DNA of 64,000 nt from Eledone cirrhosa (Eukaryota), in contig OZ024740.1 in the NCBI GenBank assembly GCA_964016885.1, positions 356,314,001-356,378,000 on the forward strand. Direction: 5' to 3'. Every line of letters starts with the position of its first letter. Position 1 is the stretch's first letter. This document shows positions 41,949 through 54,382 of this stretch, piece by piece. Below the pieces are notes generated by a model. The model saw nothing but the letters and a program-made list of their open reading frames with translations. It was not told the origin of the DNA and searched no databases. The translations under genes and the position numbers were made by a program.

Positions 41949-42347
41949 ATTATGAACAGGTAGATATTTAAATCATTTTTTAATTTATTTAAAGGATTGT
42001 TTAATGTTTGTTTGTTCTGCTCATCAATTTTTATAGTTCTGGTATCTCGAATTAGTACCATAGAACAACAATTATATTATAGACACCCTATATTTCTCTA
42101 TGGGTACTTATTACTCAGTGAGATATTTACCTCATTTTTATATATTCTCCAATCTATGTAGAGAAAAAATTCGTTGTTGCTTACTGCTATTTTTTTAGCA
42201 GCCAAGCCATCAACAAGTCTGTAATATTCCCGCTTGCTCTAGCGGCCGGGTCACGTGTGGGTCACTTTAACGGCCATAACTCATACGAGCTGGTAGTTGG
42301 CACTATATTTGCGGACCATGGGACGTATGTCCTATAGAAAGGAAATA

Positions 42348-42426
42348 GCTATCTGATGAAATCTACTTTCCGTTGGAAATTCTCTAAATTTCCAATCTTT
42401 TGTAGATGGAAACCACCGGTAATGGT
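42348..42426 (+). ncRNA. Type-I hammerhead ribozyme, second tandem copy
   Basis: Same fold; stem I 3' strand ATGGT gives G-U pairs. Confidence 0.8.
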
Positions 42427-42504
42427 ATTATGAACAGGTAGATATTTAAATCATTTTTTAATTTATTTAAAGGATTGTTTAATGTCTGTTTGTTCTGCTC
42501 ATCA

Positions 42505-42548
<44 letters not shown>

Positions 42549-42553
42549 GTATG

Positions 42554-42631
<78 letters not shown>

Positions 42632-42635
<4 letters not shown>

Positions 42636-42900
42636 GAAGTTCTATTTAAATTGTTGGGATACAACAAGCAAATATTTTTATAACTGATATATAGCACTCA
42701 ACAATTTTTGGAGTAAAAATACGATATATTAACAAATGGAAACTATATTTATAAAATAATATTTATTTCATTATACATATTTCAAGGAACACCAAGTTAA
42801 ATTATGGTGTGCTTTCATCAGATAAAATATAATATAGATCAGTTTTATAAATAAATATTGACATACCCTTAAAGAATGCGACCATTTCTGTTGGAAGCTC
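42632..42900 (-). mobile_element. Diverged family A copy with HHR at 42764-42829
   Basis: tattttat-CTGATGA-aagcacacca(taatttaact)tggtgttcctt-GAAA-tatgt-ATA-atgaaata; terminus GTAGAAGTT at (TA)n. Confidence 0.8.
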
Positions 42901-43014
42901 CCGGATAGTGGGGTTATTGAATTTATTTAGTCTATTATGCAAATTAGTGTCGGATATGTTTAAATCACAGTAGATTTAAAATAACCCGTATATATATATA
43001 TATATTTATGTATG

Positions 43015-43078
<64 letters not shown>

Positions 43079-43443
43079 AAAATATATATATATATGCACA
43101 CACACTCACATGCATACACACGCATATATTCGAACTCAGAGCGTAAAGGGCCATAACTCTATGCTGCAAAGCATGGTGTCTGACGCGTGCATGTTTGGTT
43201 TGTTGTGCGCAAATTGTAATGAATATGGACACATACTGGCTGGCAGGAAATAAGGAGCGAAAGAATACGATAAAAAATTACATTTTAACACAGTGATGCC
43301 TCGCCTTAACTTAAACAGACATTGAAACATTCGCACTGAAAATTAACAAATCCTATATATTGTCATTATATTTTTTAGCACTTCTAATGCACTTAATTAA
43401 GATTTGACGTAATTACTGATGGAACGGTTACTTTAGTATATAA

Positions 43444-43994
43444 CTAGCAGAATGGCCCGGGGTTGCTCGGGATTCTAAACATAGATTGGCATGTTTATCC
43501 CCCTTTCTGAAACAGTTTCGTCGTATGTTCACCAATTGATGTAGAAGTCCTAATAAAAAGTGAAGTCGCCTTTGGTGAATAGGCAAATAATTTTCCAATA
43601 AGATTTTTCAAAAGCATGTAATTGCGTTCCCTCTCTTTTTTGCTGTTGTTTTTGCTGGTGTTGGTCGTATTACTAACACAGTCTCATCCTTCTTCAGCCA
43701 ATCGTGTATATCCCCTTCTGCCTCGTCAGCAATGATAACAATATTTGCTCTAAGGTTCTTATATATTTGATATATATTTATCCTAATCGAGCCTCGTGAA
43801 ATAAATACGTTTGTTTATATTTTGTTATTATGTATGCAAAAATATCTGTACACGAATATATAATTATATATATATATTAAAATAACAGATTAAAGTTTAA
43901 GCGAAGAATCGCTGCTTTCACCCTTAACGGGATCTTCTGAAACTAAAAGAATCAATCTGTGAACGCAGAAGTAAATATTTCGAAAAACATTACA

Positions 43995-44067
<73 letters not shown>

Positions 44068-44352
44068 TATATATATTTATATAAATATATATATACACTA
44101 TATATACATATATACACATACACACACACAGATAGTGTCATAATGTCGCAATGCAGACAGATATTATAAGGGCGCGACGTTATAGCTATCTAATGCGGTC
44201 CCTAGGGCATTGAAAATTTGAAATATTGTTTACTGAAAACACTCACACAACCATAAGTATTACATGTGTAAAGTTTCAAAAAAAATCAGTTGGGTGGTTC
44301 TCGAGGTTTAGGGAGTCAGACAGACAGACATTCTCTGTTTTAGATATATAGA
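43444..44352 (-). mobile_element. Non-autonomous Helitron, second family
   Basis: Minus strand: A|TCTATATATCTAAAACAGAGAATGTCTGTCTG ... CCCGAGCAACCCCGGG hairpin, CTAG|T. Confidence 0.75.
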
Positions 44353-45399
44353 TATAGAGATATTCCCTCCCTACATATATTTATCGATGAATTTTAAACC
44401 ATTAAAACTATAAAAAACTTGATGGAGAAGTTTATATTTAAAATATTTAAATGGTTAAAAAACAAACAATGTTCTCCAATGTAATCAGCAGCTGTTACTT
44501 TGCGATTTTCTATTTTCCTCAAACAAGAGAATCATTCGACAGTGACCTGAGGCTGTTCTCACGATCTATGCCACTCGAATATTTATATTTTGTATTGCTT
44601 GGGTAATTTGAACTTCGAATGAGAATCTTTCGTTTTTAATCCAACTTTGTAAAGATTGAAGAATTTTGAATTTGTATTCATTAAGACGATGAATAAATTC
44701 CTTAACAACGGATATTGATTGAATGATAACAAAGAAATCACGAACGAATTTTTTCTATAAAAGGTTACTAAGAATTCGAACATGGTTGTAACAATTTTCA
44801 GCATTAAAAACATAAAATGGCGATATTATTTTGCATTTGCATTTAGATAAAAATGCTAATAGGAAATATAGTTATAAAATAACGATTGTATGGAAGCTGA
44901 CTGTAAAATGCAATGTATACAAAATCGTTTAGTTGAAGCTTGTTTTCTGATACTGTTTGTAACATAGTATGTTAACTGTTGATTGTGGAGAGTACTGCGA
45001 TAACATTTTGAGGATAAAGATAAAGATTAAGATATATGACTGACAAAGTAGTAATATTTCAGATATACCAATAAAAGGTGATGAAACCAACTTAATCCAA
45101 TAAAGAATATATGAGCCGAGTAAATCATAAAAAATATATACATCCAAGGATGGGACCAAAGAGGAAATAAACTAAATTATCAAGATAATTATTTCCCAAC
45201 ATGCAACATTGGTTTCAGTAGATGCGTAATCACAAGGCCTAGATAACACAACCTCCTTAAATCGATTTTACGACCAAGTTTCGTTTTATAGCTATAGCTT
45301 CATTTTACCTACGTCGTTCCTGTTTCTGAATATAAAGGTATGGACGTCGTAATTTCTATGCCTGTATCACCATCGTCTTTATATCATCATAAGTCTTAT

Positions 45400-46650
45400 T
45401 TGCATTGTGTGCTGTCTGCATTATTTAGCACTGATTTGAGCATCAGTTTTGAATCTGGTGTTGTTGCTTCAATGGTATTATAAGTACTCCTCGTAATATG
45501 TGTGCAGTGCCTAATAGAACTATATTATGTTATTCTATATTTTTTAAGGGTTTGGTTATGTGTCTTTCTGTATGCTTTTTTACCATTGATGAAAGGAATT
45601 GTTTCTGTTTAATTAATCAACTTTCGGGTTATTTCTATCTCCAGATGTTTATATTTGCATACTGTATTTCAGAGATATATTATCGTCTGTGGAGACTGGT
45701 AGTTAATTAAAAGGAATTTCCTTTGTTTGTGAATTACGACTACAAAATTGGTTGATTGATTTTGTTCTCTTTGTCCGCGTGTATTGTATATCCCAGTGTA
45801 TTCTTGCTTCGTCAGTTCCTGATATCTTTTCATTCGTATACGTGCACCGCATATTTTCTATTTCGTGATGTTGGTATAACTTCCAGTTTTTGTAAATTCA
45901 GATTCGTTTCTAGGGATATATTTCTTTTTTTACTAAGACTGGACAGCTAGTGACAGTATGGTTAATTACCCCCTCCCCCCACATTCACATGTTCTGCAGT
46001 TACTTCGTGGTGTATTTTGGTGGTCTGGCGCAGAGGCTTTGATGTTGTGTTGCACTTAATATTCTTTCAGTTTCTGCTGTGAGTCTGTTCTTTGTAGATA
46101 GTGCTGTTAATTTCCTTGCTTACGTCTTCCAAATTCAATCTTTTCGGGTATTGCGCAGGTAGTGTTTCTTACCGTCGTTTTAACATAGCATTGTGGAGAA
46201 TTATTTGTAATTTAGAGTTTAGCTTGTTTCCCCATTCCTGTTTTTATCCTTTATTTGTTTTTATTCTCTTCATACGTACCTGTCAATTCAACATCTGTTT
46301 TGTACTTGTTTAATTCCTTGAAGAATGAAAGTTTTCTTCGTTCATGTTTCATAACTATTCATGTTAACTCTCCAATATGCTTAATTAGGAACCTGTGTTG
46401 TCCATAGTGGATATATTATAAAATATTTCTAGAGTGCATAGGGTCCCTAATCTCCTATTTTGTAGTAAGCATATCATTTCTATATCTGATTTTGGATGTT
46501 ATATTCTAAATGCTGTCATTATTTTAATTCCTTTTCTATAAGTCTCACTATACCTTTTCATGTCCAGTTACGAATATTAAAACTGTCGCTTATTACTAAG
46601 ATAGCTAGAGAATTGGAGCATATTGCATTATTCGTTGCATTTAGTTCTGT
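45400..46650 (-). pseudogene. Highly decayed R4/Dong-like LINE 3' part
   Basis: Manual minus-strand translation gives IVLLGTAHILRGVL (~45485-45526) and EARIHWDIQ (~45783-45811), typical of the REL C-terminus; boundaries approximate. Confidence 0.55.
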
Positions 46651-47021
46651 TGTATATGTTAATCTACTGTTTCTATAATATTTCTTCCACATCCTTTCCT
46701 TCATTTGTGTGTGTTGTACACTGTCTAGTCATGTTGTACACTGTCTTGTCTGTCATGTCCAATCTCGTTTCGCATCTTAGTTAATTGTGCCAGATTAAGC
46801 TGATGATGCAATATATGGCACGAAAGAACACGAGGTGTACAACAAGCGATAGTGGTAGTGATATTGATTCAATGTTCCTGATTAACTTCCTGGCGTAGTG
46901 CGGCGGGTTGTGATCATTATGTCACATAATATTTTATGTGATTGGGTTGTATCAGCATGGATATACATGTCGCTATGATTTCAGAATACCACCATTATAG
47001 ATGCAAAGGGAAAGGTAATAA

Positions 47022-47205
47022 ATGTTTCTACTTTTTGGCACAAGGCCAGCAATTAATCAGTGTATTACTGGTACTTTATTTTATCGACCGCGTAAGGAAG
47101 AAAGGCAAAGTTAACCTCGGCGGGATTTGAACTCAGTCCGTAAAGGGAAGTAACTCTTTGCTGCAAAGCATGGCGTCCGACCCTCTACCGATACTGCCAA
47201 TCCAC
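47022..47205 (-). mobile_element. SINE, full length, with TSD
   Basis: Family match; AAAGGTAATAA on both sides. Confidence 0.88.
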
Positions 47206-48332
47206 CAAAGGTAATAACATGATAGAAAAAGGCGGAAAACGTAGGTGTTATACGTGTAGCCATTAGATCCATTTGACGGATTTCCCGCCAGGGATTTGTG
47301 AAAGGTAGAGATATATAGAGAAGTCACTATTTCCATTTAAATCTCATAAGTGTTAACATCTATAACGTCATATTTTCATTATAGCTTATTTTCTTTTGTT
47401 GTTTATTTTATAATTTCCCAAGTGTGTGTGCGTCTCTATGGGTGTGAGACACAGAGCGAAAGCAAATTTAGAGAATGTGTGAATATAATCGATAATTTAT
47501 CCGTATCTGAATATTCAATTACATTAATATATATAATATAAATAACAATAATTTATGTGTTTACTTAATTGGCTTTCAGCTGGTTTAATTTCACAACAAT
47601 TTTGCAATCATTTACAGACTGTTACCAATTAGCATTTACGTTTATCAATATAACGAGGAATAAATTGGATTTTAATGCGGTACAAAGTCAACGTTTGTAA
47701 ATGGAGTGTTTCTTATAAAACATTTCTCTTTCTCTCCCTCTCTCGCTATATATATATATATATATATAAAATTTGGTCGTTTTGGAGGCCTCAACAATTC
47801 TGATGGGTAAATCTCCGGGTAACAGAATCCGGTGATGAAGAGAGACATGTAAGAGGAGATGTACAATGTAGAATGAGACGTATAGTGTGTAGAGGAACGT
47901 AGGAAAGAGCGCAAAAATAAAAATAATAACACGAGATAGAGTTACCTTGGGAGAGATTTAATTGTCCCTATATTTCGGATTTCGCATCCATCAACTAGGG
48001 GATTTCGGAGGGGGAAAGTTATCTGTCGGAGAGGAACGGTACGTGGCCTCTGTTGTCCGCCGTGTGTGTGCAACTGAGATATTCTGTAGAGCGCGCGTGC
48101 GCTCGGAATAGGTGCGGTCAAGAAAAGGTCGAGGCAGTTCCTCTTTACTGTGGGAGTGGGAGGGTCTTCGCTGTCAATCCGTTATACTACGGTAGTGTTG
48201 GTAGTCTGCCTGGTCGCTTGTTGGTCGGTGGATGGTGGGGGCGCTATACACACAATAGCAATCGTTCGAATGCCCCTGTGTCTGTGTGTGTGTGTGTGTG
48301 TGTGTGTATGCGTGTGCTGTTGTCTCGTTTGT

Positions 48333-48786
48333 TTACACCAGCCACTTCGTCTCGCTTCTCTCGGATCGGTTGTTTATTTGTGGTCCCAGGCGTTTGATCC
48401 AAAGTGCTTCCTTGATTCGTAACGTGCCGACGTTGCGTTCTGTCGCTAGCACTGTGACGATGGGCTTTCCGTCTTTGTTTCCGCATTTGGTTATGTGTTT
48501 CCGGAAAGACGAGGCCCTGGTGTTGATGTGCTCCTTGATCCGGATATGTAGTGGCCGGATTGTGCTACCGATATAGTAGTGGTTGTACTTGTCACATTCT
48601 ACCCTGTATACAACGTATGTGCGTAAGCAACAGTTGGTTTGGCGCATCGGACAGTTTCCGAGGGAACACGCGTCAGTAGATTTCCCGGGTTTCCTGGAGA
48701 GGCATCTCCGTAGGGAGGGTCCCGAGTGGGCCAGGTGGATGTCAAGGCCCTCTCTCCATATAGCCCTGCGGATAGCGTTGGTGGTT
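48333..48786 (-). pseudogene. PLE C-terminal GIY-YIG endonuclease fragment
   Basis: YVVYRVECDKYNHYYIGSTIRPLHIRIKEH...LRIKEALWIKRLGPQIN. Confidence 0.85.
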
Positions 48787-48811
48787 CCTTAAAATCCCCT
48801 TAAGGCAAGCG

Positions 48812-49295
48812 CTACCTTAAAATTCTGCACCTGGGCGAGAAAACCACTAACGCTATCCACAGGGGTATACGGAGAGAGGGCCTCGACATCCACCTGGCCC
48901 ACTCGGGCCCCTCCCTACGGAGATGCCTCTCTAGGAAACCCGGGAAATCGACTGACGCGTGTTCCTTCAGAAACTGTCCGATGCGCCAAACGAACTGTTG
49001 CTTACGCTCATACGTTGTATACAGGGTAGAATGTGAGAAGTACAACCACTACTATATCGGTAGCACAATCCGGCCACTACATATCCGCATCAAGGAGCAC
49101 ATCAACACCAGGGCCTCGTCTTTCCGGAAATACATAACCAAATGCGGAAACAAAGACGGAAGGCCCATCGTCACAGTGCTAGCGACAGAACGCAACGACG
49201 GCACGTTACGAATCAAGGAAGCACTTTGGATCAAACGCCTGGGACCACAAATAAACAACCGATCCGAGAGAAGCGAGACGAGGTGGCTGGTGTAA
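48812..49295 (+). pseudogene. PLE C-terminal GIY-YIG endonuclease fragment
   Basis: Same motifs, with the Cys-rich linker CSFRNCPM...CC; no RT upstream. Confidence 0.85.
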
Positions 49296-49898
49296 ACAAA
49301 CAAGACAACAGCACACGCACACGCACACACACATTCGAACGATTGTTATTGTGTGTATAGCGCCCCCACCATCCACCGACCAACAAGCGACCAGGCAGAC
49401 TACCAACACTGCCAGTGTCAAAGACTGAATATAGGTAATATAATGGATTGACAGCGAAGACCCTCCCACTCCCACAGTAAAGAGGAACTGCCTCGACCTT
49501 TTCTTGACGGCACCTATTCCGAGCGCACGTGCGCTCTACAGAATATCTCAGTTGCACACAAACGGCGGACAACAGAGGCCACACACCGTTCCTCTCCGAC
49601 AGATAACTTTCCCCCTCGGAAACCCCCCAGTTGATGGATGCGAAATCCGAAATATAGGGACAATTAAATCTCTCCCAAGGTAACTCTATCTCGTGTAATT
49701 ATATTTATTTTTGCGCTCTTTCCTACGTTCCTCTACACACTATACGTCTCATTCTACATTGTACATCTCCTCTTACATGTCTCTCTTCACCACCGGATTC
49801 TGTTACCCGGAGATTTAACCATCTGCATTGTTGAGGCTTCCAAAACGACCACATTTTTATTATTATTCCACAATGCTTCAAGCAAACTTCAATACTCT

Positions 49899-49943
<45 letters not shown>

Positions 49944-50850
49944 TTGTGTGTGCGTGTGTGTCTGTGTGTATATATATGTGAGAGAACATAGTAGTATCCA
50001 TTTTATGTAGGCTAATTCATGTTTATGTAAAGTGGGTGTGCGTAACAAAAATGAAAGAGACAACTTACAAGTTAGTAGTGTTCAATGTAGTCGATGGATA
50101 CGCGTAACATGAATATCTTGATGTTATAAGATATGTCACCAAGTATGGTCCATAAGTTGTAAATAATATTTCACGGAGTAATATTATATGAATAGGATAT
50201 TAAGAAAAACACGGCAACAATTGTTGAATTTCGAAGAAACATTTATTACACATTAGGGACTCTAACAAGTATTTCAATACAGTTATGCAATCACCTACGG
50301 AATCTGGGTTATTATTTAATCCACTATTTCGCACTGCATCGTCAAATTTTGCATATCATCAGAGAGATTCGGGAGAAACTGAGGTCTAGTGAATGAGATC
50401 GTACACAGATACATCTTCGATTTATCTATGGTAAAATATATTAAATAATTACATGAAAAGTTAACGAAATATACATCAATGCGTATTTTACATTGGCGTA
50501 CCATTTGAAGTGTTGTTAAACAAGCCTGAAAGTAGCGAATAGTTGAATAAATGGGAGTGGCAACAAGTACAGAAGAGTACTTTGTGACCAGTCATGTACT
50601 TTTCGTGGGGAATTGCAGATCACAAAATGCGTGGATCTGTTAAAATGGTTAGGAGAGAGAATGTATATAGGAAGAGACGAAACCTAGTGTAATTTACAAA
50701 CTTTATGGGACAAGAATAAAGGAAAGAGAGATTATAGGGTAATATCGTAGTTGAAATTTATAATTTAGGCCAAGCTAGATGTGAAGAGGAGAGTAGATTG
50801 TTGACAGGTTTAAATAAAGAGATATGTATGGCTGTAATAAAAGAGAAATA

Positions 50851-50935
50851 ATTGTTTCTACTTTAGGCACAAGACCAGCAATTACCCAGTGCATTACTGG
50901 TACTTTATTTTATTTTACCGTAAGGATGAAAGGCA
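50851..50935 (-). mobile_element. SINE 3' half
   Basis: Family match. Confidence 0.8.
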
Positions 50936-51241
50936 CAGATATATATGGATGTTGAAAAACTGACAAAATATTTTGTCCGGTTTTAAGCCTAATTACGCTT
51001 TCATCGAAACAACCACAAGGAAATACATACCCGAGGAGCAAATATACCCTGGCATTTGTAGTATTATCCTGAAATGGACGTACTATTGTGTTTATTATAG
51101 GCGATCTTATTAGTTGTTAATTAAGATATATTAACTAATCGAAGTACATGCTAAAGTTATATCCAGTGACAGGGGCGGGATTTGAACTCAGAGTGCAATG
51201 AATGCATCTAATAGATCGGTATATTTGATTAGTATGTACAA

Positions 51242-51572
51242 TCTATAAACTCCTAAAACTCTGTTATTTAATACAGCCAAAACGGCGCATAATGTCTCCG
51301 AAATGGGAATTCAACTGGAATAATACAAGTTTCACGTAAATCGGAGCACAGGCTCCGAGATACAGGGTTTTTTCCGGGTACGTCCATAAATAGAGAGAGA
51401 GAAAGATAGAAAAAAAGCGATAGTTGTTGTGAGAGAGTAGCTTAAACATTTCATTTTACATTATATACATGTTTGAACATATTCTAATTATTTAAAGATT
51501 ATTTTTAAGTGAACATAATTTTTTAAAAATATTTTGAAGTGAACGTGACTCAGCGGGTCACATGTGGTCTAG
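51242..51572 (+). mobile_element. 331-bp mini-Helitron of the 2931 family
   Basis: A|TCTATAAACTCCTAAAACTCTG ... GTGACTCAGCGGGTCAC hairpin ... CTAG|T. Confidence 0.88.
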
Positions 51573-52136
51573 TATTGTCGAAGATTTATTCCCAATTTAA
51601 CAACATTAGATTTAGTGCATTCATTAGCCACATGATCTCAAATGTGCACCTATGAATGAGTGTCATATTGCACCATTGTAAGATCCATTGTAAGATCCAT
51701 TTTAAGAAGAAACAGAGTGCACCACATTCAATGTCATGTTTGATAAAGTGCCGTGAATAACAGTAGATTGATAGAGCTCAGAACGATATGCGTTACGTTA
51801 TTTGTTATGACTCTTGTCATGCAATTCTAAATCCTACCAGGGTTGGTCATTGTAGCTGCCGCCCTTATATATATATTAGAAAAAGCGAGGAAGTTTCGTT
51901 TACATGTAAAATATACATAATTGTGTATCGACCTGTTACGCGCGTTTCGCAGAGGATTGGCTCAAGGTCACCCATAGGAGTTATGGACCCAACTCCACTA
52001 TCGATCTGTTGTTCAGACTGGTGATGTGATAAAAAACATATATTTTTGTCTTTTTCTAATATATACGCTCTACCTGTGCACAGATTGCTTGCTTTGGTAA
52101 TTCAGTAATTCACTGAACCACCTACACTATATATAT

Positions 52137-52708
52137 CGGGCTGTTTGTTTACAAACAAACCGAACATTATAATAAATGTTCGGTAAACCCATACGTACAT
52201 ATATATATGTGTGCATATATGTATATATATACATACTACTGTACGTCTGTATATATATATGTATGTACGTATACATACTTATATTTAGGTATCAGCCGTA
52301 CTAAGAGTGAGAAATGAAATTTCGTTTCATTCTTTTCCATTTACTGTTTTCGCTACGCCCGGCCGAGTAACTCACTCGATATGCAAATTAGGCTGCTCAG
52401 CTGTTAATATTCATAGGGAAAGTATATACTTTCAAACGTTCAATCATCTGACAGAAAGGTATACGATGCTGATGATAGCTAATAAGCTTGAAACTAGTAC
52501 ATCGTTCCTGTGTCAGTATTGAACAAAAGGGTGACAATGGTTGCCGAGCACTGTACGGCGTAATTCGGGCTGTTTGTTTACAAACAAACCGAACATTATA
52601 ATAAATGTTCAGTAAACTCATACGTACATATATATATGTGTGCATATATGTATATATATATACATACTACTGTACGTCTGTACACATATATGTATGTACG
52701 TATACATA

Positions 52709-52712
<4 letters not shown>
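52137..52712 (+). mobile_element. ~429-bp HHR monomer with ~145-bp terminal redundancy, ending in (TA)n
   Basis: CGGGCTGTTTGTTTACAAACAAACCGAAC at 52137 and 52566. Confidence 0.8.
52463..52505 (+). ncRNA. Minimal type-I hammerhead ribozyme
   Basis: acgatg-CTGATGA-t-agct(aata)agct-t-GAAA-cta-GTA-catcgt; palindromic ACTAGT stem III. Confidence 0.88.
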
Positions 52713-52792
<80 letters not shown>

Positions 52793-52799
<7 letters not shown>

Positions 52800-53978
52800 C
52801 CACACCTGTGCGAGAATACCACCAACGCTATCCGCAAGGCTATACGGAGGGAGGACGTCGACATCCACCTGGCCCACTCGGGCCCCTCCCTGTGAAGATG
52901 CCTCTCCAGGAAACCCGGGAAATCAACTGATGCGTGCTTGCTCAGAGACTGCCCGATGCGCCATGTGAACTGTTGCCTACGCATATACGTCGTGTATAAG
53001 ATAGAATGTAACAAGTGCAGCCAATACTATATAGGTAGCACAATCCGGCCGCTGCACATTCGGATCAAGGAGCACACTAACACCAGGGCCTCGTCTTTCC
53101 AGAAACACATAGCCAAATGCTGAAATAAAGACGGAAGGGCCATAATCACAATTCTAGCGACAGAAAGAAACGTCGGCACATTACGTATCAAGGAAGCACT
53201 TTGGATCAAAGGACTAGGGCCACAATTAAACAACCGAACCGAGAGAAGCGAGATGAGGTGGTTGGTTTAAGTTAACAATCGATGCAGCAACACACGCACA
53301 CACACACACAAGCGAGACAGCAACACACGCACAGATACACACACACACAGTAGCATTCCACCATACGAACATACTACACTGCCAATACAGCGGAACAAGG
53401 CAACAACAGACGCACACACACACACACTCAAGCGAGACAACAACACACGCACACACACACACACAGTAACATTCACCAAACAGGCAGAGAATACTATGGA
53501 CTGACAGCTAGCGCCACCCCACTCCCACAATTGAAAGAAATATTTCGGCCGCTGACCTCTGCCTGACCGACCCCATTTCACACGCACGCGCGCTCAGCTG
53601 AATACCTCAGATGTTCAAAACAACGAACAGCGGAGGACACGTTTCGCACCTTTCCGATAGACAACCCCCCCCCCCCCGGAAAAACCTCCAGTTGATGGAT
53701 GTGAATCCGAAATATATAGGGACAATTAAATCTCTCCCAAGTAACTCTATCTCATGTTATTATTTTTATTTTTATCCTTTACGCTCTTTCCTACATTCTT
53801 CTACACGCTACAGTCTTCTACACGCCACGCATCTCAACGTACACCCACTTACATCTCTCTCTCTACCACCGGATCTTGTTACCCGGAGATTTACCCATCT
53901 GCATTGTCGAGGCTTCCAAACGACTTAAAGAAATTTACCTTATTATTCCAGAATGCTTCAAGCAAACTTCAATACTCT

Positions 53979-53980
<2 letters not shown>
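52793..53980 (+). mobile_element. Third 5'-truncated GIY-YIG PLE copy in (TA)n
   Basis: YVVYKIECNKCSQYYIGSTIRPLHIRIKEH with internal stops; same 3' end GCAAACTTCAATACTCTCT as 49900. Confidence 0.88.
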
Positions 53981-54019
<39 letters not shown>

Positions 54020-54060
54020 ATATATATATATATATATTAAACAAGGTTTGTGATCAAGTA

Positions 54061-54127
54061 TATTTTATTATACATATTTCAGAGGTACTGAGTTAACTTC
54101 AACAGTACGTCCTCATCAGATAAAGTA
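54061..54127 (-). ncRNA. Type-I hammerhead ribozyme, family A-like, in a ~210-bp insert (54038-54250) between (TA)n
   Basis: tactttat-CTGATGA-ggacgtactg(ttgaagttaact)cagtacctct-GAAA-tatgt-ATA-ataaaata. Confidence 0.8.
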
Positions 54128-54248
54128 AGATGATGCATGACATACCCTGACATAGTAGATGGTTAATATTCAGTCATGGTAGTACTACTGCTTCCAATCT
54201 ATTGTAAAACTCATTCTTTGATTTATTCATTGAACCTTGTTTAAACTT

Positions 54249-54299
<51 letters not shown>

Positions 54300-54304
<5 letters not shown>

Positions 54305-54382
54305 TATGTATACGTACATACATATATGTGTACAAACGTACAGTAGTATGTATATATATATATACATATATGCATATATATA
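54300..54382 (-). repeat. Inverted copy of 52635-52712
   Basis: TAAGTATGTATACGTACATACATATATGTGTACA is the reverse complement of the monomer end. Confidence 0.8.

Larger units (their letters stand above)
41056..42508. mobile_element. Tandem-plus-inverted array of a 478-bp HHR monomer (retrozyme-like) in (TA)n
   Basis: AAAAATGAGG at 41061 and 41539, CTGATGA at 41875 and 42353 (period 478); inversion point ~41647; ~1.2 units on minus, ~1.8 units on plus. Confidence 0.9.
47768..49900. mobile_element. ~2.1-kb head-to-head palindrome of two 5'-truncated PLE copies in (TA)n
   Basis: Arms ~47768-48786 and ~48842-49857; right arm has a ~43-nt tail. Confidence 0.92.

Noticed and set aside
41056-42508. 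CRISPR array or simple satellite interpretation
   Set aside because: No repeat-spacer pattern, eukaryotic context, and fewer than two units per arm with an inversion
46795-46835. CTGATGA...GAAA motif
   Set aside because: No UH cleavage site or stem I after GAAAGAAC; at most a decayed relic
48981-49295. Standalone homing endonuclease or host GIY-YIG gene
   Set aside because: Three diverged copies with a shared 3' UTR, (TA)n ends and stops in one copy fit truncated PLEs
48053-49584. Antisense and alternative-frame ORFs in the palindrome (and within the LINEs and Helitron)
   Set aside because: Shadows of transposon sequence without recognisable motifs
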